Assembly (NCBI GenBank): GCA_002633005.1
Contig: NMRA01000109.1
Span: 919,122 to 983,121, forward strand
Length of the DNA: 64,000 nucleotides
Direction of reading: 5' to 3'
DNA from: Phoronis australis
Lineage: Eukaryota > Animalia > Phoronida
The notes beneath the pieces were generated by a model. The model did not search any database. It worked only from the letters and a program-made list of their open reading frames with translations, and was not told where the DNA came from. The position numbers and the translations under genes were made by a program. Shown piece by piece: positions 40,182-52,850 of the stretch (its first letter is position 1; each line of letters begins with the position of its first letter).

Positions 40182-40677
40182 ATTGTAATGCCCTGACATA
40201 AGAAGCTTCATATGCCACTAGTCATCCGCCAATACCGTGGTCCTGCACCATAATTTTCCTAACAATTAAATTAAAATTCTATCGCATTTGTTTACACTGA
40301 CAAAAATACACAACAGGATCGGTGAGGCATGGAAACAAACATTTGAGTTAATTTTGGAAACACAATAGTTTTGATCACTGTTACTATTTCAAGAGACGCC
40401 GCTGAAAACGCTAACATTAAAAAACCTTCAACACCAGCACTGGCTCAATACATAAAATTGACAATCATGCCTTTATTGGAAAAACTATCAGCAAAATATT
40501 TGGAATCTCTTTCGGAAGAATCAAACTGTACTCTGGACAAAACCATTTCATAATCATACATGTAAATACAGGGTGACGTAGTTTTTTAGAAAAATACTCT
40601 AAAATATGACTATCCGAGAATTTATTGCAAGCTGATGTTTTCAAATTCCAAGAATTACAAAGTTTCTTTCGCAAAGC

Positions 40678-40918
40678 CATGCGCGCACCCAGCCTAAATT
40701 ATAGGGGGCTCGAATTTTCCGGTACGCGGACCATTTACTGAATAAAATCAATGACTAAAACTGGACCTTTAGGTTCAGGCCTAGGAATTGATTTGTGCAC
40801 TTTGTGGACTTTTGTCTCGTTTGCTAGGACTTTTTGTTCCATTGAGGCGGACCTTTTTAACTAATTTGGCCAATTGGGGACTCGTTCGAGCCCCAGAGCC
40901 CCCCTGGGTGCGCCCATG
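40678..40918. mobile_element. CATG-ended hAT-like MITE with 5-bp TSD
   Basis: AAAGC|CATGCGCGCACCCAG...CTGGGTGCGCCCATG|AAAGT. Confidence 0.75.
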
Positions 40919-41039
40919 AAAGTACAGTAGTTAAGGAAAATGTCACTATTGACTCTAATTGCAGAACATTATCAATAATGAATGCATTTTTCAGACTACG
41001 CACAGCTAACTCTTACAGCTTTCGCATGCTCCACTGAGT

Positions 41040-41195
41040 GAGTACTTACTGTACTGTATCATTTAACTACCTTGTACTACTACTTACTGTACTGTATCAT
41101 TGAAGTACACTGTACCAGTACCCACTGTACTGTATCATTCAAGTACCCTGTACTAGTACTTAGTGTACTGTATCATTCAACTACCCTCTACTACT
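41040..41195 (+). repeat. ~38-bp tandem repeat, about 4 copies
   Basis: Recurrent TACTTACTGTACTGTATCATT.AA.TAC. Confidence 0.8.
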
Positions 41196-41510
41196 TCCCA
41201 TGTTTAAACTGAACGCAATTGCTACTGCAGAAACCATATAGCACATCAGCTCTGTTAAAAACCCTCCTTATCTCCGATGGAACTGCATAAGTAGCACTTG
41301 GTGCCAAACCTGAACAATTGTTGTTCCTTGCAACTGCGGCAACTTCCCCAACTTTCGCATACTGCAAAACAAACTTTTGATTCCTGGAATAAGCAAAAAC
41401 GCTGTTAATTCCCTGTAAAACCATGCCTTTGTCAACACTTTTGTCAAAATTTTGATACACCCTGTAAAATACAACAAAAAAGTGAATCGTAAAATTTCTG
41501 TATTTGCTTG

Positions 41511-42630
41511 TTAAGAGCCCAAATACTATATGTGGGCGCATCATGCGTAATATCTGTCCGTCCTTCTGGCGTCCGCTGCTGTATGTCCAAAACCCATTGA
41601 TGTAATATGTTCCTTTCACAGATGGGGCGGCATGAGCGAATTTTTAGACGGTCCAACTACCGGTGTCTACTGGCAACTGTATTGTTTTACGTTTACCTGT
41701 GTATCTGTCATTGAGATTACCCTACCTTCCCGTGTCGGCCATTTTTACTGCTTTCTAATCTTAATTATTGCCTTCCACGCCTCTGTAGGACAAACCACTG
41801 GAAGGATGATTAATAATATAAACATTGACATATATGTTGCTACTGAGAAGAGGACGGATGACCATTGTTTTCGGACAGCTACAACTACATGGGGTCCTAC
41901 TAGTAACATTTTTTTTACCTCCGTGTCTGTATCTCCTAAAACCACGGTAGGGTCTTTGTTAAATTTGCCAATGTACATTTATATGAAGGTGACAACAGGT
42001 GACCATGACTTTCGGACGGATCCAACTACTGCTGTGCCCCCTAGTGGCAATTTCATTTCTTCTCGTTTTATTCTGTATCTTTACTTGAAGTTCTAGCTTG
42101 GACGGATTTTTAAGAAATTTGGCAAGTAGATTATTTTTAAAGAAGCGAGGACATGTTTTCGATTTCAGATGGATTTGACATAGTGTAGGCTTCCTAGTGG
42201 CCGTTTTGTAATTATATTTGAGTCTGTTTTAAGCGTCCATCTCTCTATCGGCCAAACTACTCGAAGAATCGTTATAAAAACTGGTAAATCTTGTCCTACT
42301 GGCAAGAGCATTGTTGAAGATTTTTGTACTGTTTGACTACTGTGGAATTTGGCAAGTGTATTTCTACGAAGGTGCCAACACATGACGACGTTTGGGCAAA
42401 TCAGACTACCACTGTGCTTCCAGTGGCAGTTTTATTTTATACGGTCTTGGCAGGTATGTTCCTACTGAGGAGAGCATTGTTGACTTGACATGCAACCCCT
42501 AGAGGCTACTTCAAGTTTACTAACATTGCTCCATTTAGTGAGAGTATTTGAAATAGTAATCATCCCTTTTATCTTCGCTGTACGCGATGCACTTGGTGGG
42601 CGCATATCAACGCTCCGCGTTGCTCTTGTT
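41511..42630 (+). mobile_element. Helentron-associated interspersed element (HINE/DINE-like), copy 1
   Basis: 5' subterminal IR with nearby inverted partner GTGGGCGCAT, GTCC-rich tract, degenerate ~150-bp internal repeats, 3' GTGGGCGCAT plus hairpin CAACGC-TCC-GCGTTG then CTCTTGTT. Confidence 0.75.
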
Positions 42631-43132
42631 ACAAATTGTAGCACTAGTATTATCTTTGCCCACCCACTAAGATATGGGTAGACGGTCTCCAAGTCCAAGA
42701 AAATGCAATTCTACGTATTGTTCGCTTCGAAAATCGTAAAACACAGAAACAAGCAACTTTTGAATCATACCACTTGCCCCAATTAGTCTCGACTTCGTCA
42801 TTTTGGGAAGTGATTTCTGAATTCGCGAAGAACTGACAGTTCAATATTCTTTAAAATGAGAGACCGTGACAAGCCAATTTGTAGCGGTTCTTCTCAAGCA
42901 ATAACGAGCTGTGAGTTCTTTTGGAGCACTGAAATCACCCTCAATTTGATCAACCAATAGCTTGATGCCAATTTCGTAACAGTATACGATAAATCAAAAA
43001 CAAATTTTTGTGATGGAAGGCTGGTTTATAGCCAATTTAGTCCGAACTAGGAAACAACTGAATACCCATAAATCCGAAAAGTGTCGAGAGATAATGCTAC
43101 TTCTATTGTTTCAGGAAGCAACGTTTTAAAGC

Positions 43133-43582
43133 ATGTTGCAAAGCAGACCCCGTGAAGCTCTCGCCCAAATTTATGCAGTCTCTGCCGCAAGAGGTCTCGC
43201 AATCACCCAGCTCGTACTTGGAGTTCTGTGTCTCATCTGCGGAATCGTCGTTCTTGCCATTGGCACGTATTTGTGGATTTACATAACAGGGGCGGCAGAA
43301 TTGTGGTTACCACTGTTTCCTATCATCTCCGGCATTTTGGGAATCTTTGCAGCTCGCAACTGCACGTCTGGATTGATAGTCGCGCATATGGTGATGTCGA
43401 TCGTCGCATGCTTGACCTCGTTCGGTCTGTTCATCGTGGGGTGTTTCTACGCTATTGTCACCGGAGTACATATCGCTATACTTATTTTGGCGTTCGCTGA
43501 ATTCGTCATTGCAATCATTTCTTCTGCATTTTGTTGCCGAGCCGTTTGTTGTGGTTCCGGTGGTAGTGCAGGAGCTATTTAG
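43133..43582 (+). CDS. MS4A/CD20-like four-transmembrane protein, paralog 2 (149 aa)
   Basis: LAITQLVLG, GAAELWLPLFPIISGILGIFAA, Cys-rich tail SSAFCCRAVCC; acceptor tgtttcAG at 43114 with an in-frame stop before the ATG. Confidence 0.88.
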   Translation: MLQSRPREALAQIYAVSAARGLAITQLVLGVLCLICGIVVLAIGTYLWIYITGAAELWLPLFPIISGILGIFAARNCTSGLIVAHMVMSIVACLTSFGLFIVGCFYAIVTGVHIAILILAFAEFVIAIISSAFCCRAVCCGSGGSAGAI

Positions 43583-45615
43583 TTAACTGTCGCTAGTTTA
43601 CTTCAGTTCCGCAGCTTTACTTGTTATTTCCACAACCCAAAACTAAGCACCTATCACATCTCTATAATGGCTGTGCTTGATTGACTTAGGCGGTTCCACC
43701 CGGTCAACTGGCTTGGAGATCTCATTGGTCTGTAAGCCGAAAGTCATCATCAGTAACTGACCCGGCGGAACCGGTGCAGTCAAGTGCGGCCACTCGCATT
43801 TATACAACATGAGCGAGTAAGTAATGTTTTGACTTACAGACTACTTTAAACAAATGACGCAATCAAAATTGGTAATATGTAATTGATGCTGTGTTGTTTC
43901 ACATTCTGTCTGGTTATGTTTAATATGTCAAACATATAAATTCTTGTTATGCAAGTAAGCCTTATCGGGAAACTGCTTTTGCCACAATAGACAATGAATA
44001 TTCATAGAGTAAATTGCAATCTTATAGGAGAAGAAGACCTTAAGAGTACATTACAGTCGTTCACGACTAAAGCGGCCGCCAGGGTGTTTGGCCACCGACG
44101 CTTTGTTTCACTTCATGGCATGTTTTACTTAATCAGTACCAGGTACAGTTAAATAACGCTAGGGGTCGCTAAATAAGTAAGATTTCGCTAGCGTACGCGA
44201 GATATTGTCGTGTACGTGACTTTTCTCGCCACAAGATAAAATTAGTTGACCCTGGACTACAACTATGAAACATGAAAATCTGTTGTGTTTTTTGATTTTA
44301 TTCTTAAGTACGTTTTTTAAAAATTTGATGAACACGCAAGTGTTCGCGATTAACAACTTTCAATGATACTCGCCCGAGCTCTCTATATCATCGACGGTCG
44401 TTCGCAGCGCAACAATAAAGCAGACAGCACACATACTTGATAAAACTAATGATTAAACTGACAGTAATATTTCAAGACTATTCTTGTCTTATATTCGGGC
44501 AAAAACGTAGTGACACAAAGTTACAAGAAATGCGACGAAGGTTCTTGACCCAATAGCAATGCTGAAAAATACACATACTGTGGAAAAAGTGCATCCCTGT
44601 GAGCTGCTCATCATCAAAACGGTTTTCCCCAAGAAGTCGTCAAAGATTTCAATATCTTTAACCAGCCCTGAGTGGGTGTCTTGTTAATCGTGAACACTGT
44701 TGTGTCTTCATCAAATTTTGTCTATAGGAGGCGCTACTGGCAGGTTATTTTTACCACATCGTTGATATAATGAACATTTGTTTTGTTTTCGTTTCATTTT
44801 CATAGCGTATAGGCAGAAGTTGTGACATGGTTCTATTTACAAGTACAATAAAATCACAGCTGATTTATGTGTAGAGATTGTATATCGGATAATGAGAAGA
44901 GTTTGGTAAAATTAGTGAACGTTCATGCAATTGCTGGATTGAATTACTCATAAAACAATAAAATTGACCACGATTTCTTCTATCGTTCTCAGTATTCTGT
45001 CGAGCGAAAAACATATTTCAACCTCTTATCCAAGCAGCTTTCTGAATTTTCTAATAACTGAACAGTCATCGTAAACTATGACTTCATCACTCGAAATAGT
45101 ACCTGGCTTCCTGGCGACCACGATAATCAAGCGAACATTGAAATATTGGACATACTACTTGCAAACGACTTTGTACAACTGGTCAAAGAGCTTACAAGAA
45201 TCTCTGCACCATTTACATCTTGCATTGACTTGTGTATTAGCAACAACCTCCGTTCTATTGCGTCCACGTTGGTTCTGCCTCTTATCGGTCAATCAGATCA
45301 CCATGACATGCATACGGGGCATCTATCTCATCATGTTCAGCTCACAATGAAGCTCCCGTCTTACAAAATGAGTTTGGAAATACGACAAACTAAATCAAAT
45401 TCAATTGCATAACGACTTGATCAGTCGCGATTGGCATGCTATTCTCAGACGAAACAGCATCAGTCGAAACTGTAGTATCGAGATTCAATAAAGAAATCTG
45501 TAACATATCCTACAGAAAAAATCCATCTAAATTCAAAGTAGATACTAATAAAAACAAAGCACGAACTAAAAACTCACTAACTTATATAGGCGCTACAAAC
45601 AGTCTAGTAACCCTT

Positions 45616-47192
45616 TTCATGCGCCCATATATTTATATGTGGGCGCATCATGCCGTCATCTCCGTCCGGTGTCCGGCGTCCGCTGCCCTCCAAAACGACT
45701 TGACGTATGTTTATGAAATTTAGAACATGTGTTCCTTCTATGGATGGGACGGCATGAGCGAACTTTCAGACGGATCCGATTACAGGTGTGCCCCCTAGTG
45801 GCAATTTTAGTTTTTTACGTTTACCTCTGTTTCTTCGAAAGTCCTGAACGGATTTTCATAAAATTTTGTATATAGGCACCTATTAGTGAGATGAAGCTAT
45901 CCTCCAGTTTTCGGACGGATTCGACGTAGTTTGCACCACCTAGTGGCCATACTATTTTCGAGTCTGTTTTTTTGCGTCCACCCCTCTATCAACCTAACCG
46001 CTCAAAGGATGATTGTGAAAATTGGCATGTATGCTCTTAGTACGAAGTGGACGGCTGACGATATGATTTCCGACGACTTCAACTACTGTGGCGCCTCCTA
46101 GTGGCATTTTTTGTTTTTTGGGGGGGCTCATTGCTTATCTCCTAAACCGTTTGCAGGATCTTTACTTAATTTAGCAAGTGTTAATGTTGACAACGTGACG
46201 GACGACCCGGCACGACGACTTTCAGACGGATCTGACTACTGGTGTGCCACCCAGTGGCAATTTTATTTTTTTACGTTTACCTCTGTATGTTCAAAGGTCC
46301 TAAACGTATTTTCATAAAATTTGGCATACAGGCATCTGTTAATGAGGTGACGCTATCTCTCCGTTTTCAGATAGATTCGACCTAGTTTACGCCACCTAGT
46401 GGCCATTTTTACTGTTTTTTGGCATCCACTCGTCTATCAACCAAACCGCTTTCAGGATAATAGTGAAAATTGGCATGTATGTTTTTACTATGAAGTGGAC
46501 GGCTGACGATGATTTTCCGACGAGTTTGACTACTGTGGGACGGCTCTGAGTACTGGCGTGCCCTCTAGTAGCAATTTTAGTTTTTTAAGTTTCTCAGTTT
46601 GTATCTTCAAAGGTGCTCATCAGATTTTCATAAAATTTTGAGTAGAGGCATCTATTGGTGACATGACGCTACCATCCTGTTTTTAGATGGAATCGAGGTA
46701 TTTTACGCCACCAAGTGGCCATTTTCGCTGTTTTCAAATCTTGTTTTTGGCGTCCACCCCTCGATCAACCAACTCATTCTAAGGATGGTTTTGAAAATTG
46801 GCGTATGTTTTCAGTGTGAAGAGGACGTTTGATGATGGCGACTGACTACTGTGGCGCCTCCTAGTGACAGTTTTGTTTTGTTTTGCTTTGCGCCCACAGC
46901 TGTATCCCCAAAGCCCACTGCAGATCTTTATTAAATTTAGTAAGGGAATTTATATGAAGATAATAGGCGGATCGAACGGACGCTAAGCCCACAAGTGACA
47001 ATTTCATTTTGTTCTCTTTTCCTTTGTTTCTATGAAGTTCTTTGACAGATTTTTATGAATATTGCATGTTCACGTTTTTGGATGGATTGTACATTTTTGT
47101 GCCATCTAGTGGCCATTTTTATGATACAAATAAATAACCCTATAAGCTCACCATTTGCGTGGCACATTTCAACGCTCCGCGTTGCTCTTGTT
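45616..47192 (+). mobile_element. HINE-like element copy 2 with internal ~150-bp tandem repeats
   Basis: ATGCGCCCATAT..ATGTGGGCGCAT at the 5' end, GTCCG tract, same 3' hairpin CAACGCTCCGCGTTG-CTCTTGTT; inserted in a T-run with no evident TSD. Confidence 0.8.
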
Positions 47193-47554
47193 GTTTAAAG
47201 CATTTGCCCTAAACTACTTTGACTATGGAAATATCTATCAATCCACTGGCGTTGGTGTTCTACTCCAGTTAGATCGTTTGCTGTATCAAGCTGCACTTTC
47301 AATCACAGGATCATTTAAAGGTTCAGAAAAAATAAAGTTCACAATAGCCTGAATTGGTATACACTTTCCAAAAGAAGAAAACTACACATAAACATCACAT
47401 GTACGCATATAACGTTTTCAATAACATAACCAATGCGTCTAACAAGCTTATATTTAACAAATATGAAAGAGAATGCGACCTGAAGAATACCCTTATTTTC
47501 AAAATCCCTCGTCGTATTCCAGGGCAACTCGCAGATCAACAATTCCAGTGTGTA

Positions 47555-48024
47555 CAGGGCTTGGAATGACCAATGGCGAAAAACGCGGAAATTTTGACGG
47601 CCCGAAACATGCGAGCAGCCAGCCTTGAAAAAGTCGATGTGGACCTTTTGCCGACAAAAATCGGGAGGACTAAAAAAAAAAAAACGGTACCACCTTCGGA
47701 AGCGTGCGTCTGCGTCTGTCTTAGCTCGTCCGCCACTCCCACCTCCAAACATTTTTGGCTGCAGAGTCGTAGTATTTGTCACCGCGGTTTACAATCCACC
47801 ACGCTATCCCAGATGCTCCGGCAATGTTGACAATTTACGTTCCTCCAAACATAAAGAGCAAATTTCGCTTTTCGAGGTGAAAGTCGTCGGCAACGCGGCG
47901 GTAAGAAAGAAGTTTTCCGCGGAAATTTTATATCAAATCCGATTTCTTTACGCGGAAATATAATAAAATATGCGGACAGAACATTTGAAAAAAGCGGAAA
48001 TCCGTGTTTCCGCGGAAAATTTAC
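47555..48024. mobile_element. hAT-like non-autonomous insertion into the LINE
   Basis: AGTGTGTA|CAGGGCTTGGAA... and ...|AGTGTATA (8-bp near-duplication); repeated CGCGGAA motifs; right TIR not found. Confidence 0.5.
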
Positions 48025-48335
48025 AGTGTATAAACAATTGGAATACACTGCCTTCAAGTTTAGAGACACATTCACCCTCAATGATCAGAAAAGCTTTAAA
48101 ATTCACTTCTGTCATGCCATTCTACCTTTCCCTCTTACTAAGTTCAAAACTATTCTAAGAGCTCTCGAAATACCTCTGAATAGATTGCGCTCTAGACTTT
48201 TACTTACGACACAATTTCAGAAACGTCTCTCTGTTGTGCAACTTTGGGCAAGTTCAAACTAAATTCATTTTCTGTTGGACTGTGTAGTGTAATAGTGTAA
48301 CTCAACAAGCAGTAGTAAAGGTGAAGACTCAGCAA

Positions 48336-48372
<37 letters not shown>

Positions 48373-48475
48373 TGTGTGTNNNNNNNNNNNNNNNNNNNNN
48401 NNNNNNNNNNNNNNNNNNNNNNNNNNNNNNNNNNNNNNNNNNNNNNNNNNNNNNNNNNNNNNNNNNNNNNNGTCT

Positions 48476-48538
<63 letters not shown>
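48336..48538 (+). repeat. (CT)n(GT)n microsatellite spanning an assembly gap
   Basis: Direct reading; N-run at about 48380-48471. Confidence 0.95.
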
Positions 48539-48540
<2 letters not shown>

Positions 48541-50155
48541 CATGAATACACTAAATATTTCATGACAGCCTATCCAATTAATTTACAACAACGACAGGGA
48601 CTCTTCCAGATCATCGAAGGAAAGTCTGATTTGTTCTCTACAAAGCCAATATCCTCACTAATGCTTCAAGTAAATTCTGTGTAGAAACAAATCTTGTGAT
48701 GCTTCGACCCCTCGCATCATTTGTTTATAACAGTCTGCACGTGTATTGAAATGTTATGTCTTTTTTCTCTTTTTCATTTGTGTAATAATAATAATAGCTA
48801 AAATATTCCCCATTTATTATTGTGTGTTTATTGTCTAAAGCCCGGATATATAAGGCTCACTGCGGTTCCCGGGCTGAATCTCATTGTGTTATATTTTTGT
48901 AAATGTCTTAATAAACTGATAACTATATCCGAAGTGGCCCGAGAGAATGAAAGGCATCCGAAGTAATACATGCGGGATAGTTTTCAAGGGCAGAAATAAT
49001 GTGTGGGAGCAGGTTTGGTTCGTCCGCGACCAAATAAATATGCTTACGAGAAACGAAAAGTAGATCAGGAGAGGAAACAAATGTGAGTACCTATGCCTCC
49101 CCGGGTACCTTAGAACTCAGTAGAAAGTGATTCAACAGATATTTTCTGGTCTTTTTATGGGAGAGGGGTGCTGCTTTCCAACTTCGTGAGCCAGAAGGGT
49201 ACTCACCTCGACACCTCCACCCCCGGGTTCCTATGCCTATGGTTAATTTCTGCCGAAAATACGGGATGGTCCAAGATGTTGCATGGGGTCAATAACCAGC
49301 TTCAAAGTACCAAGCATAACTTTGATAACCCTAAAACGATAGCGTCATTTTTAATCACGTCCGTCGGGAAGCCCGGGCAACCCCGTCTCCCCGAAATTTG
49401 CCTATGTATGAATTCATTTGCCTATTCAATCCCACTGTCTCCGTCTGATATAAACAAGTTTGAGTTTGCAGGCCTCAGAACGAAATTTAAACTGCCTTCT
49501 CGTTACAAACATCATCGTGCAGCGACTCTGAGCCATTAGGTTTTCATCCGTGTCCTTGTCTTCAAGGTCACGTGCATTGGCTTTTTATCTGCATCACGGA
49601 TTTATGTTAACTTTGCTCTTCTGAAACCTTAGTTCGCACGGGTTGCATCAGCGCTACCTTGCGTTTATTTTGAAGCCGTTAACAATTGAAGGTGAAACTA
49701 AAGACGAATTCTGGGCCTGAAAATGACTGACGCTTTGTCACGCTATTGCTTTAGATTGTCTCTACTGGATATTTTGTCACGTCCTGTCATTTTATTCATT
49801 GAGCAATAAGGAACTGTCACTTCTCTCCAAACCAAACATTATTTCTCATCAAATAAGGAGCAAAACAAGGCCACTTTAATACTGGTAAGTGTTTTAAATC
49901 AAAAGCTAAGTTTCATCATCAGAATGTGGATGGATGGCCGCATTAACTGTTCAGCTAGCATTGTAACCCTGTCAAAGCCCCTGAGTTTTTTTTTTATTCC
50001 CGGTAGCAACATAAATCTTCTTTGAACTTCATGGAACATTCCCAGATAAAATGAATTTGAGATAGGATACGGTAGTAGTAGTCTTAAGTATGTGAGATAA
50101 CCTATATGTATTCGTCATACGTTTTAGCATATCTTATAAGTTAAGTCACAATAGC

Positions 50156-50299
50156 CATGGGCGGCGCACAATAAGGGGCTGAGGGGGGGCATAGCCCCAC
50201 TTTTTCAGTGCTGCACAGCTCGTGGTCTATGGGCGGTGCACCACAGGGGGNGCTGGGAGGCTATAGCCACTCACTTTTTTCAATGCTGTGCCGCCCATG
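50156..50299. mobile_element. CATG-ended hAT-like MITE with 5-bp TSD
   Basis: ATAGC|CATGGGCGGCGCAC...GTGCCGCCCATG|ATAGC; related to 15240 and 53608. Confidence 0.82.
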
Positions 50300-52584
50300 A
50301 TAGCATAAATGAACAATCAAATAATTACCGACAACTGTACACTCGACGAATAGGCTTTCTTAATCTTCATCAACACAATGTCGGAAACAGCTAACGAATT
50401 CTAAAAATAGGTGAACAGTAATAAAACAACGTGTGTAAGGCTCAATCGTGCATTTTGATCAGGTTATTTCAAAAAACGAAACAATAAAAGAAAACATACG
50501 TGCTGATAAGTTATCAGTTTCATACTATCGAAAAGCTCCAATTAAAACTATTGTTTAGGTTCACGGCGTTTTCAACTGAGGGCACTTTAAATTGTAGGTT
50601 TGCAGTAAGTTGTTACAACTGCAAAATCAGAATAATTTGAGTCGCGTACAAGTTTTACGGTCTCTTGCGCGAGGACAATAATTTTTTATTTAATTCACTC
50701 CTTAGATAGGATAAAATTCTTACTTTTTATCACAGCAAGCGCTCTCGACGTCGGTAGCTTCACATGTTAGGTTGGGTTTGTATACGGTAGTTTTATTGGT
50801 TAAACAGTAAGTATTTGTCATCAACATGAAAATGGTAGCAGTAAAACCCAACAGGGATATTTAATAATGGCGATGAACTGTGACGGTATGTTGGCTGATC
50901 TTAAAAGCAGTTTACAGTGTTTCCTTGGTTTTTATTTAGTGTAAATATTTACAACATACAATACATCTTGAAAAACTCTACGCGTAAGGAAAATTCTAGA
51001 GATTATGTTACAGTTGGCAACACATGCAAATCTGTATGGCTTATTTTTCGGCCGGCAATGCCGAGCACACGGACTAGTGCAATCACTCGGTTTCAGCCGT
51101 AAATTAGTCCTTCAGGGAAAAAAATTAGCGTGAAATACGTGGAGAAGCTTCACAAAGTCCTTGTTAATTAAATAAACAATTTTCAGACAATACCATTCAC
51201 ACAGGAATCGATATTCTACGAGAAACCACCGAAAAACAAACACCGAAAACGCGAAGATGGCGACCGGAACGACCCACGTTACCAGCAACGCCAACGGTAA
51301 GATTTGAATGGCCGGCTCAGAATGGCATTACAAAAGTGCAGCATAGGTAATTAGTTTTCGAGTCTGAGTCTGACAGGAGTCTGGGTTCGGCGATTAGATC
51401 CTAGGCCTTACAATGTTAGATTAAAATAAATTAATTATTTATATTTATACATTTGAAAATTGCTCTCCGTCTGCAATGTTCACTCATCGTGAGATTGAGC
51501 CGCACAATCTCACTTTTGAAACATTACACAGCTACTTTCAGTCTAACTGAAATAATTAGTTCACTTCGATCCGCGTTTAAAAACGTCAGGCATGCGATTT
51601 TAGTTTCGGTGTGTCGTCGTCACTGGTATCAACGGAAAGATTAAGCTTGTCGTACCGATGTAGTTGCATGGCTGGAGGCCAACTGCAGATCAACCAATCA
51701 AATTGCCCTCTGACACAACTACGTTTTTTCATACTTTTTATGGGGAGGGAAATAAACCATCACCTGAGATAAAGGTCACATTGACCTAGATGTCTGACTT
51801 TTGAACAACCTATAACGAAATCAAGGCTTCCACTTCAAGACTAGGTGGGTATAAGTAATTTATTGATTGGATTGAAGATGGGCACATCTTCAGATAAGTT
51901 ACAAATGAGTGTGACACAGTGAACTGGGTGCTTTTAAATTTAATAACGGTTCAGTAGTACTAGATATTTAACAATATTTTAGTTTAATGACGCCAATGGC
52001 CATTGATTTAAATACGATTCGGTAAATAACGCGTTGACGGCGAATTGTGGTGCATGTTGTTGTATGTAACGAGCAAACTTGGGTACGGTTCTTGCACAGT
52101 ACGCCGTGTGTTTTGCATAGCGATAAAATTCAACGGCGACCTACATTTTCATCAACGGTCTGTTTTGAAGAGCCGACCATACAGGGCATTCATTGTTGCT
52201 TGACGCATTTGACATGACCTATAATGACGGGTTCTGCATTCAGAAAACACGACTAGAAACCCGCCTTGTGTATAAACGTTTGACTGAATTTTCTTTTTTG
52301 CCACAACCGCATCAATAGCTGTGAAGAAAAAAACTAGATGACCGAAGTGTGGACCCTTTCAATCACCATCGACGCTGAGATAATGGGCACAGTGGCTCAA
52401 AACTGGAGGTAGCACCTGTCAACACATTCGTGTTGTCGCGATCACTGTGTTCGACGTCTCCTAATGTTTCCCGTTGTACCAACCTTTACTTACTTCGCGC
52501 TGTTATTCATTTGCTCATACCTACCATATTACGTGATCCAAGTCATCGACTGCTGTCCTTTCGCTTTTCTTCTCCTTCGTCTTC

Positions 52585-52850
52585 TTCCTATTATTACTAT
52601 TATTAATGTTAATAATAATAACACTTTTTAATAATAATAATATTAATTTTATTAATGATAACAATATTATTATTATTGTTGTTATTATAATTATTTTATT
52701 TTTTATTATTGTTGTTGTCGTTGTCATCATTGCCATTATTATTATCATCGTTATTATTGTACTAATCATTATTATTGTAGTTGTCATTATCATTATTAGT
52801 ATTTTTATTTCTGTTGTTTCAGCAGTTGTTTCTGTTATCATTATGACAAT
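52585..52850 (+). repeat. Degenerate (ATT/GTT/ATC)n low-complexity tract
   Basis: Direct reading. Confidence 0.9.

Larger units (their letters stand above)
45060..48925 (+). mobile_element. Fragmented CR1-group LINE, interrupted by two later insertions
   Basis: APE endonuclease motifs (FVQLVKELTR..SCIDL..SDHH, 45146-45305); post-RT NSLVTL/FKAF..FDYG..YQAALSITG across the HINE; CINNWNTLP at about 48027; putative 3' end with AATAAA at about 48910. Confidence 0.7.

Noticed and set aside
41191-42096. ORFs of 142 and 154 aa
   Set aside because: They overlap HINE repeat sequence and have no recognisable protein features.
48265-48684. CV/HT-repeat ORFs
   Set aside because: Translation of (GT)n across an N gap.
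49800-49890. GTAAGT donor at 49885 as exon 1 of paralog 3
   Set aside because: The surrounding sequence resembles 10545-10630 in a ZNF intron, so it is probably an interspersed repeat; cannot be assigned without transcripts.
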